Origin: Macrostomum lignano
Taxonomy: Eukaryota
Assembly: GCA_002269645.1 (NCBI GenBank)
Contig: NIVC01000303.1
Coordinates: forward strand, 124,001-188,000
DNA length: 64,000 nucleotides
Direction of reading: 5' to 3'
Shown: positions 12,651-24,200 of the stretch, one piece after another
Layout of the letters: the number at the start of each line of letters is the position of its first letter
Position numbering within the stretch: position 1 is the stretch's first letter
Notes under the pieces: model-generated
What the model saw: only the letters and a program-made list of their open reading frames with translations
Database searches by the model: none
Told to the model about the DNA's origin: nothing
Program-made: the position numbers and the translations under genes

Positions 12651-13644
12651 TACATCGGACCAGTTATTATTCGACAATCAGTGTCACGATAGTTGTAAAT
12701 TTTATCACTTTAATTAGTAATTGATACTGACAATCAAATACGGTTATTGTGTACAACGATTTCAAATGCTTGATGCCAATGTGTGAATTGAAATCTTATT
12801 TTTAACCATAATAATAAATTTGTCTTTAACAAAGCAACACATGAAACCCACCTAAATAGAAACTGTCATCATGCTCTTGAACCCGTTTTAAACACATGTA
12901 AGTCCATTCTAAACATTTAAAGCAATAATACTGGTAAAAAAAATTCTATGTCCAGCAATAGCAACTTTTTTAGCTCACATTATCTTCCTTATTGCAATTT
13001 TTGTTAATTGTGAAGACATCAGCAATGAAGTATTCTATGTTTTTTTTAATCTTGGAAATTTATTATTTCAGCTTGCATATTTTTGTTAATAAAAACTTTA
13101 ATAATAATATTATTATTATTACTATTCAATAATACAGCTGCTTCCTTGTTACAGATTTCAAGTATTCACAAGTTTAGATTTTGATTTAAAAGTGCGCCAG
13201 ACTGTCCTAGTAGCTATTCTATTTTGTAGCGGTTCTTGCCCATTCACCCTTCTCCCAGCGATTTGTTGAGGTGAATAAATTAACTAGAAGTTTTTTATTG
13301 CTGTGTCTTTTTCAAGCAATCATCATGCTTCTAATGTGTATATTTATATACAACTCGTGTTGCTTCTATCAATATTTGATTAAACTATTTTATTTATTTA
13401 TTTATCATAACGCCTGTGCTTTAAGCTATAGTGCAGAAATATATCTATATTTTAAATGCGTCTTGTGAACTTATCTATAAGAAGTTTTGTATGAGTATTA
13501 TTTTTTTAAATCTACATCAAATAATATAGTGTAGCTGTAGGTTATAGGATTATGGAGTTCTTATAAGTCGTCAAAGTACTACACTGGTAAACGCTTCGGC
13601 GTCTCGCAAAATCCATAAAACCATAGCATTAAATCAAAATAACC

Positions 13645-14590
13645 AACCTAAATCCCCACACACCTAACTCTCACACATCCAACTCCCCACACACCTAAAT
13701 CCCCTCACATTTAAATCTCCACATACCTAAATCCCCACACACCTTAATCCCCACACACCTAACTCCCCCCATCTAAATCCCCACACCTAAATCCCTACAC
13801 ACCTAACTCCCCACACACCTAACTCCCCACACACCTAACTCCCCACACACCTAACTCCCCACACACCTAACTTTCACACATCTAACTCCCACACACCTTA
13901 ATCCCCACACACCTTAATCCCCACACACCTAACTCCCCCATCTAAATCCCCACACACCTAACTCCCCACACACCTAACTCCCACACATCCAACTCCCCAC
14001 ACACTTAAATCCCCTCACATTTAAATCTCCACATACCTAAATCCCTCACACACCTAAATCCCCACACACCTAACTTTCACACATCTAACCCCCACACACC
14101 TAACTTTCACACATCTAACTCCCACACACCTAAATCCCCACACACCTAAATCCCCACACACCTAAATCCCCACACACCTCAATTCCCACACACCTCAATC
14201 CCCACACACCTAAATCCCCCCATCTAAATCCCCACACACCTAACTCCTCCATCTAACTACCCACACACCTAACTCCTCCCATCTAAATCCCCACACAACT
14301 AACTCCCACACACCTAACTCCCACACACCTAAATCCCCACACACCTAACTCTCACACACCTAACTCCCACACACCTAAATCCCCACACACCTAACTCCCC
14401 ACACACCTAACTCCCACACACCTAAATCCCCACACACCTAACTCTCACACACCTAACTCCCACATAACTAAATCCCCACACACATAAATCTTCACACACT
14501 GAAATCCTCACCAAAATCACAATACCTAACTCCCTACACCGAAATCCCCACACCGAAATCCCCAGACCGAAATCCCCACACCTAAATCTC
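13645..14590. repeat. ~14-16-bp minisatellite CCCCACACACCTAA(A/C)T upstream of ANAPC1
   Basis: Direct inspection; reverse complement of the array at 32290-32880. Confidence 0.95.
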
Positions 14591-14611
14591 GACATCGAAA
14601 TCACCAATCCA

Positions 14612-14850
14612 GCTGGCAGAGCAGCTCAATGGTAAACGTGTTTGACTCGTGCGCCAAGACCCCCTGGTTGGACCCCTGGAAAGTACATGCCTGAAGTGCC
14701 TGCGTACAGTATTGGCGTGCTTGTGTAGTGCTCAGGAGTCAGCGGGATGGGCAGAACTGCCTCAGTGGCTGGTGATGGTGTGGAACGATGTCGCGTTGCG
14801 TCTGGGTGTCCCACAGCCCTCGGTGCAATATTCTTATCATTGTTATTAAA
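14612..14850 (+). mobile_element. Probable tRNA-derived SINE (second family, decayed)
   Basis: A-box-like GCAGCTCAATGGTAAA and B-box-like GGTTGGACCCC. Central GCTCAGGAGTCAGCGGGATGGGCAGAACTGCCTC resembles the SINE at 22636. Ends in a TTA-rich tail. Confidence 0.5.
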
Positions 14851-15249
14851 GTGGTAATTGTTGTAGTATACTAATACTAGCTGTACCAGCAGCTAGAAGA
14901 GTAATTAGTCATAAAAAATAGCCTAGTAGAATGTTTCAAAATGATATTCAGTAAGCAATTAACTGAACATAATTTCTGCCGATGCTCTCTTCAACAACTA
15001 AGATCGTCATCAAGTCTTTGTCATCGTTTATAAACTATTCATATCCTATTTGTCTTGTCAAACAGTCTTTGTTAAATCTGAATGACGTCCAGCAGCCCTA
15101 GTTTCAGTTGCAATAATTCGCCAATTATTTTTAATCGAAATAGTAAAAAAATTGAACAAAATCTGCCTACTATAAGTAGTAGCAAGAAGTGGAATACTAA
15201 TAATAGACAGAGCAATCATTTTCGCGAAGCCGAACAAGACTTATCGGAT

Positions 15250-18200
15250 ATGATTACTCCGCAGAGGACGGAAAGTTTCACTCCAGCTGGAAGGCTGTTT
15301 GCTCAAAGAATGATGCAGCCTGGGTCTTCTGCTTCTAGGCCTAGCAGGCAGCAGCAGCAGCCCTTGTTATTCGCTTTGAGAAGCATCCATCTTAACGATT
15401 ACGATAATCAGCCCTTGCTCACCAGGCAGCTCCAGCAGCAGGCTGTGAAACAGGACGAGCAGAGCCGAATAACAGATAACTGGATTATCCGGGACAGAGA
15501 CGAATTGTACTGGTTCGACTGTTTAACAGTTTGGAGTCGTTGCCACGAACCCATGCAAACTTTTACAACACTGTCGCCTGTACTGGCCGCCAGTTTTGTG
15601 TCCTTTCCTTTGTACACCGAACCGTTTGCCGCGTTCGACTTGGCCAGTTACACGTTCTATGGTAAATTGCAACAGCAGACAAAGTCCGGTAGCGGCAATG
15701 TCAAAGTCATGTCGGGTGTTGCTATGCTAGAGAACGATTGCATTACATTTCTATCTGAGACTGGCTCCGAGCACAGGACTCGGGTGCCGTTTCCCTGTCA
15801 GCGTATGCTGGCCCATTCCGAAGGTCTGCTATTAGAAAGAGAAATTGTTGTCTCCAATGCAGCTACGGAAGATCCCAACTTGCCTGTACTGTTCTCATTG
15901 TCGCATCCGTTAGACGATGTTGCACCTGTGCTTCGACTAAAACAATCCGCCGCTCCTATTACTGTCGCTAGTAGCACTGCGGCTGTCACTAATTACTTCA
16001 CTTCTAGTTGCGGTAAATTAGTCTACGTCTGTCAGACGACTGGGGCTGCGTTTGTCTTGCAGGAGCAGCAACAGCAGCATATGCTCAGCTTGTACCGGCT
16101 CAGGTATATTACTGATGCCGAGCTGGCTGCCTGGCACAGGTTAGTCCTTGAAGTGAATCCATTTTGGGATCATCTTCCCCAATGTCCAACCAGTTTGGGA
16201 TCATCTTCCCCTGGATCCAACCAATTTGGGATCATCTTCCCCAATATCTAACCAGTTTGGGATAATCTTCCCCATTATCCAACCAATTTGGGCTCATCTT
16301 CCCCAATATCCAACCAGTTTTGGGATTATCTTCAACATCCAACCAATTTGGGATCATCTTCCCCAATATCCAGCCAGTTTGGGATTATCTTCAATATCCA
16401 ACCAATTTGGGATCATCTTCCCCAATATCCAACCAGTTTGGGATTATCTTCAATATCCAACCAATTTGGGATCATCTTCCCCAATATCCAACCAGTTTTG
16501 GGATTATCTTCAATATCCAACCAATTTGGGATCATCTACCCCAATATCCAACCAGTTTTGGGATTATCTCCAATATCCAACCAATTTGGGATCATCTTCC
16601 CCAATATCCAACCAGTTTTGGGATTATCTTCCATATCCAACCAATTTGGGATCATCTTCCCCAATATCCAACCAGTTTTGGGATTATCTTCCCCGATGTC
16701 TAACCAGTTTTGGGATTATCTTCCCCAATGTCCAACCAGTTTTAGGATTATCTTCCCCAATGTCTAACCAGTTTTGGGATTATTTTCCCCAATGTCCAAC
16801 CAGTTTTGGATCATCTTCCCCAATATCCAATCAGTTAAGGATAATCTTCCCCAATGTGCAACCAATTTGTGATAATATTCCACAAAATCCTATCAGTTTC
16901 GGATTATTCTCCCCAATATCCAATCAGTTTGGGATTATTTTCCCCAATATCCAGCCAGTTTGAGATTATCTTCCCTAATGTCCAACCAGTTTTGGATTAT
17001 CTTCTCGAATTATCCAATCATTTTGGGATAATCATCTCTAAATATCCCCTCAGCTTGGGATAATCTTACCCAAATGTCCCACAGTTTGGAACAATCTTCC
17101 CCAGTATCCAATCAGTTTGGGCTCATCTTCCCCAGTATATAATCAGTTTGGGATAATCTTCAAATATTCTTTCAATTTTAGATAATCTTTCCAATATCCA
17201 ATCAGTTTGTGATAATCTTCCCCAAATGTTCTCTCAGTTTGGGATAATCTTCTCAATATCCAACCAGTTTGGGATAATCTTAGCTAATCTACCAAGAACT
17301 TCACTTTAATCCCTGTCCACCCTGCAGGCAAGTGAGAGCCCAGTACCTGATGATGAGCACCCTAGCGGGCACAGCAGCCGCAGGCGCTGCAGCCCCACCT
17401 GGTCCAGTTTTTGACACGCCATGTGTCAGAATTCCGCCAAACCAGCAGCAGCAGCCGCTCTCCGCCATACCAAAGCATCTGCTTCCAGATTCTCAGCGTC
17501 TGTCACTGTCTCCTGGAGCTGCGGCAAAGAATATCGTCTCTGTACAGCAGCAGCACCCTCACAATAACTCCCCATTGTACACTTCAACTCCTAGCGGAGG
17601 TGGCATCGGTTCTTTATTATCACCGTTGCGCTTAAATCAGCAACAGCAACAGCAACAGTTTCTGCAACAACAATTGCAACAGTTGCAACAACAGCAGCAA
17701 CAGCCGTGCCAACAGAACCAATCTTTAACTTCTTTATTAGCTAATACTCAATTAGGCCAACTGGATCAGGCTCAGGAGCCCAGCCCGATTCAGCCCAGAC
17801 TTGTACTCGAGTCTGTTTGGACTTCAGCTTTCCTTGAACAGCAGCAGCAACAGCAGCAGCAGTTGCCAATTCTTGGAAAAATATTCGTAGCCGAAGATGC
17901 CTCAGGGTCCTGCCGGTACGCCTGCTATCACCTGCCTCGGGCCAGAGAGCTTCGTTGTATTCGCTTGAATGGCGGACTGACTAATTGGACTGTTGGCTTG
18001 AGTTCCGGCGATCATGTGAGTTTTAATCTCATATTTAAATTGTTCGAAAAAAATCCCAGTCTTCATCAATGAATAAAAATCCCAATCTTCAACAAAGAAA
18101 AAAGTCCCAATCTTCAACACAGGGATAAAAATCCCAATTTTCAACACGGGGATAAAAATCCCAATCTTCAACACGGAGATAAAAATCCCAATCTTCAACA

Positions 18201-21200
18201 CGGGGATAAAAATCCCAATCTTCATCACGTGATAAAATCCCAATCTTCAACACAGGGATAAAAATCCCAATCTTCAACACGGGGATAAAAATCCCAATCT
18301 TCAACACGGGGATAAAAATCCCAATCTTCAAAAGTGAACAAGAAATCCCAATCTTCAACAGAGGGGATAAAAATCCCCACTATTTGGGATATAAATCCCA
18401 ATTTGTAATAAAGATTGTTATCATTCTCATGAGCATACGGGATAAAATTTTTGCAATCTACGATGCTTGTATTTCATTTTATCCAAATAATAGCCAATCA
18501 ATCAATCAGAGTTCTGTCCAACTTTGACACCTCCAGGCGTCAGTTCCCGCTCTAGACGCTGTCTGGGTGCCCAACCAGCGTCTCATTGTGACGCTCGAGC
18601 CGCCATTCGGTCGTGAGTTCACCCTGTGCTCCGGGCCGCAACAGATTTGCCGTTTGGCTCTGTCGGACTTCGATCTACCCTTGGTTACTCAACAGCAGCC
18701 TCATCAGTCTACTCCATCAACTTACTCAGCCGCCGGAGGTTCAACTGTTCCGTCTGGCAACAATTCAATGAGACGCCGCCTACGCGACGCTTCGTTGAAT
18801 GCGTTCAACGTGCAGCTAGGCGACTGCGGATCAGTTATTCGTCGCGTAATCCTGCCGCCAATGTCTGTGGGTCAGCTAGTCAGCAGGTGCCTTGACTCCT
18901 TGCAGCAGCTGTTACCAAAGGATGCCTACCTGAACTTGCTGCGACGCTGGTACACGGCCAGCCACTCGCCCGGTTCGCGGGATGGCAATACTATCAGCAA
19001 TGAATGGCATCGATTTGATGAGGTGCTGCGCGAGTCGCTTGATTTAATTGGTACTGAAGATGCTACTATTAGTACTAGTGGCTGCCAATTACAGCAGCAA
19101 TCGGCAACGACTGATGATGAAGATTTGGCTAAACGGCCTCGTCAGAGTTCTGGCGATGCCGATTGGTACAAATTGATTGAGCAGTCTGGCGGCGACCGGT
19201 TTGATGATTTGTTTAAATTGGCCGGCGTGAAAGGACACTTCAAAGGTGCCGAACTAGGCTTAGCGATAGACTCGTCTGCGCAGGTAAAGTACTGGATGTC
19301 ATTGCGGCTAATTGGACTGTGGCTTTATCCACATTTTCAAAGGGTTTAAATGAAATGGCGCCTCCCCCAAATTAAAAGGCGCCTTCCCCCAAATGAAAGG
19401 GCGCCTCACCCAAATGAAATGGCACCCCTTAAATGAAATGGCGCCCCTCAAATGAAATGGCACCCCTCAAATGAAATGGCACCCCTCAAATGAAATGGCA
19501 CCCCTTAAATGATATGGCGCCCCTCAAATGAAATGGCGCCTCTCAAATAAAATGGCGCCCACCCTCAAATGATATGGCGCCTCTAAAATGAAACCCCCCC
19601 TCTAAAATGAAATCCCACCCTCTAAAATGAAATCCCCGCCCCTCTAAAATGAAACTCCCCTCTAAAATGAAACCCCCCTCTAAAATGAAATCCCACCCTC
19701 TAAAATCCCCGCCCCTCTAAAATGAAACCCCCTCTAAAATGAAATCCCACCCTCTAAAATGAAATCCCCGCCCCTCTAAAATGAAACTCCCCTCTAAAAT
19801 GAAACCCCCCTCTAAAATGAAATCCCACTCTCTAGAATGAAATCCCACCCTCTAAAATGAAACTCCCCTCTAAAATGAAACCCCCCTCAAAAGTGAAATC
19901 CCACCCTCTAAAATGAACTCCCCTTTCTTAAATAATATGGCGCCACCTACAATAAAATGGCGCCCCTCAAATGAAATGCCCCCCCTAGCTACCTCTTCCT
20001 GATCAACAGCTCATAATAATTTTCTGTTTCACCTCGCAGCAAGCGGCTGACCGATCCAATCGGGCTCGCCCAGCCTCGGCAGCCGCCTATCTGAGACGCC
20101 ACTCGCTTGGAGCACTGCTGGCGCTTCACTCTGTCTACGAGGCTGAGAAATTATCAGCGCCGGCTTGGCCCAGTTTGCCTCCACTGGCTCGACTGTTGGC
20201 AACGCTATCGGCTAGACTTGGGCTGGACGGGTGAGACTTCGATTTTTATCCCCTGAGGATTTGGGGATTTTTATCCCCTGGAGATTTAGGGGCTTTTATG
20301 CCCTGTAGATTTGGGATTTTATCCCCTGTAGATTTGGGGATTTTTATCCCCTGTAGATTTGGGGATTTTTATCCCTTGTAGACTTGGGGATTTTATCCCC
20401 CTGAAGATCATTTAGGGAGTTTTATCCCCTGGAGATTTCGGGATTTTTATCCCCTGGAGATTTAGGGGCTTTTATGCCCTGTAGATTTGGGGATTTTTAT
20501 CCCTTGTAGATTTGCTGATTTTATCCCCAGTAGATTTGAAGATTTTATCCCTTGAGATTTGCGGGTTTTCATCCCCTTAAAGATCATTTGGGGATTTTTA
20601 TCCCCTGAGAATTTGTGGGTTTTTATCTCCTGGAGATTTGGGGATTTTTATCCCCTGTAGATTTGGGGATTTTATCCCCTATAGATTTAGAGATTTTATC
20701 CCCTTGAGATTTGTGGGTTTTTATCCCCCTAAAGATCATTTGGGGATTTTTATCCCCTGAGGATTTGTGGGTTTTATCTGCTGGAGATTTGGGGATTTTT
20801 ATCCCCTGTAGATTTGGGGATTTTATCCCCTATAGATTTAGAGATTTTATCCCCTTGAGATTTGTGGGTTTTTTTTCCCCCTAAAGATCATTTGGGGATT
20901 TTTATCCCCTGAGGATTTGTGGTTTTTATCTCCTGGAGATTTGGGGATTTTTATCCCCTGTAGATTTGGGGATTTTATCCCCTATAGATTTAGAGATTTT
21001 ATCCCCTTGAGATTTGTGGGTTTTTATCCCCCTAAAGATCATTTGGGGATTTTTATCCCCTGAGGATTTGTGGGTTTTATCTCCTGGAGATTTGGGGATT
21101 TTTATCCCCTGTAGATTTGGGGATTTTATCCCCTATAGATTTAGAGATTTTATCCCCTTGAGATTTGTGGGTTTTTATCCCCCTAAAGATCATTTGGGGA

Positions 21201-24200
21201 TTTTTATCCCCTGAGGATTTGTGGTTTTTATCCCCTGGAGATTTGGGGATTTTCATCACTGGAGATTTGCGGGTTTTTATCCCCCTAAAGATCATTTAGG
21301 GATTTTTATCCCTTGAAGATTTGTGGGTTTTAATTTCCTGGAGATTTAGGGATTTTTATCCCCTGGAGATTTGGGGATTTTTATCCCCTGAGGATTTGTG
21401 TGTTTTATCTCCTAGAGATTTGGGGAATTTATCCCCTGAGGATGTGTGTTTTATCTCCTAGAGATTTGGGGAATTTATCCCCTGAGGATTTGTGGGTTTT
21501 TATCTCCTGGAGATTTGGGGATTTTCATCACTGGAGATTTGCGGGTTTTTATGCCCCTGGAGATCATTTAGGGATTTTTATCTCCTGTAGATTTGGATAC
21601 TTTTATCCCCTTTAGATTTCGAGAATTTATCCCCTTTAGATTTGGGGTCTTTTTTGTCCTGGACATTTAGGGATTTTTATCCCCTGAGATTTAAAAATGT
21701 GTAGCCCTATTTGAAGATAAACAAATGGTTTTCCGACTGTTTCAATAATGGAATTTTTTGCTCCTTTTTTTAATTTTATCCACTACTAAAGACCCGGTAG
21801 CCAAACCACCTGCTAAAAATGAGCCCCCAAATCTCACTATCTGTCTTTTCAAAGATACGTGGCCCATTACGCTAGCGACTTCCCCGAAGCGGCAGCCGCC
21901 GCCGCTGCAATGTCACCGGCGCCAGACGCTTTAACACTGACTTCGACATCGTCAGTTGGCGACACCGACCGTCACAGCTCCAGCCTGTCAAACATGCCAA
22001 CCAGTCCGCCTTATTCAATATTCGCCGAACTGCTCAACAAACTAAAGAGAGCTCTACCGAGCGGTAGAAATCCTGCCTTGACAAGACAATTTCCTCGAAT
22101 TGATGGCATTACGGACACGTGTCACCTGATGCTAGACTGTCTGGACGAGCTTCTGCTGCAGGGGCACGAGAATGAGACTGGCCGATTTGTTAGACTGGTT
22201 GAATTGCTGCGAGATCGGGGATTTCAGACTGATGCTCTGGCTAGGTTGCCGTTCGGTAAGGGCTTTGTGCGAATTTGCTGGTATCTGTGAGAAACAGGAT
22301 TGACGGGGGGATATGGATGAAATTGTCGGGGAGATATGGGTGAGATTGATAGGGAGATATGGATAAGATTGATAGAGAGGTATGCGTGAGATTGATAGGG
22401 AGATATTGGTGAGATTGATAGGCAAAGAGATATGGGTGAGATTGACAGGGAGATATTGGTGAGATCGATAGGCAAGAAAGAATGTATAATATTGATAGAG
22501 AAATATTAGTAAGATGATAGGGAGATATGGGTGAGATTGATAGGAGGATATGGGTGAGATTGATAGGGAGCTAGGGGTGAGATTGATAGGCAGGGAGATA
22601 TGGGTGAGATTAATAGGGAGATATGGGTGAGATCAGGGGGGGCCGTAGCCCAGCGGTAGCGCAGCTGCTCTGGTGTGCCGCGACCCAGGCTCGATTCCAA
22701 GTGCAGTCACATTAATTTGGGGCTGGATTGGAATCTTGGCTTGGCTCGCTTGTGCAATTAACGGCCTTGAGAGCCAACCCCCCAAGGCGCAGTGAAGTGT
22801 ACATGCCTAACAATTGTTAAAGTTAGGGCCGCTGTACACTCCTGTGTGAGTGTATGCCTGCATAACGTATCCGCGCGCTTGTATGCCTGCTCAGGGGAGT
22901 CGGCGGAATGGGCAGTAATGCCTCTCGCCGGTTGTGTGCCAATGACGCTTAAATTGCGCCAGGGTGCACACAACCCCCCTGCCTCTAATAAAAAAAATGG
23001 GTGAGATCGATAGGCAAGGAGATATAGATAAGATTGATACGGAACTATTGGTGAGATGATAGGGAGATATGGGTGAGATTGATAGGCAAGAAGATGTGTG
23101 TAAGATTGATAGGCAAGGAGATATGAATGAGATTGATAGGCAGGGAGATATGGGTGAGATTGATAGGCAAGGAGATATGGATGAGATTGATAGGAGGATA
23201 TGGGTGAGATTGATAGGCAAGGAGATATAGGTGAGATTGATAGGAGGATATGGGTGAGATTGATAGGAGGATATAGGTGTGATTGATAGGAGGATATGGG
23301 TGAGATTGATAGGGAGCTAGGGGTGAGATTGATAAGATTGTTATTTAAATGTTCATAAATATTTTCAGGCGTTGCCCTACCGCTACTAGAAGCCCTGGAT
23401 CGCTGTCGTCAAGGCTGCCCGCCGGCCACTCTGGCCTCGGACGCGGCCGCTTGCGAGTTACTCGGTCGGAAGGATCTGTCCGAACAATTGGCCAGGATTA
23501 AAAGCGCCTCTGCTGCTCCGCTATCCGCCGCCGACAATTGGGATATTGTTGGCGAACGAGAATTTCATCTTCGTCAGCGCGGCGTTGCACGAGGCGGATT
23601 CGACGCTATTAGTGTCGGTGCGGCGTCGGCTGGTGCAGCTTCCGGTGGTGGCGGTTCCACTGGCGGCGGCGGCACTTCTATCACCGCCATTCAGGTAATT
23701 TAGGCTTGGATTTAGAGAAAAATATAAATTTTGCTTGTCATGTCCCTGTTTTCAACTTTTAATCAATTAGTAGTATAATCTGGATATTTTTTAAGGATGC
23801 AGCCGCCAGCGTCGAATCTGTCTCGCAGGGTTGGCAAGCCAAATACGCGGTGCTGCAACTACTTGAACGGCATCCGGTAGTTGAACGCCTATTCCCGGTA
23901 GATCTGCGAATTCGCGAGGCCTACCGAATGTTGCAGACAGTTGATCGGGCCTATTTTGTATCTAGGGCGGCTTCGGGCGCCGATGCGCATCGCCTGTTAG
24001 AAGAGAATCAGGTGAGACTCGTTTTGAGAGAAAACCGATTGGATTTACATTCATTGCTAGCGGAGTGGGGTTGTTTCCGATGTACATTCATTGCTAGCGG
24101 AGTGGGGTTGTTTCCGATGTACATTATCGATGTGCCATAAAAAGAATCACGTGAGGTTAAGAATCAGAAAAATTTGATAATTGATAGCTGGACTTTCGTC

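Noticed and set aside
15082-15249. 56-codon N-terminal extension of ANAPC1 from the upstream ATG at 15082
   Set aside because: Similarity to APC1 begins at MITPQ (15250). The extension is AT-rich and unconserved by eye, though its use cannot be excluded.
22636-22710. tRNA gene (also 41105-41176 and 14612-14680)
   Set aside because: The tRNA-like head is fused to a ~290-bp body, A-tail and TSD, so it is a SINE; the acceptor stem does not close.
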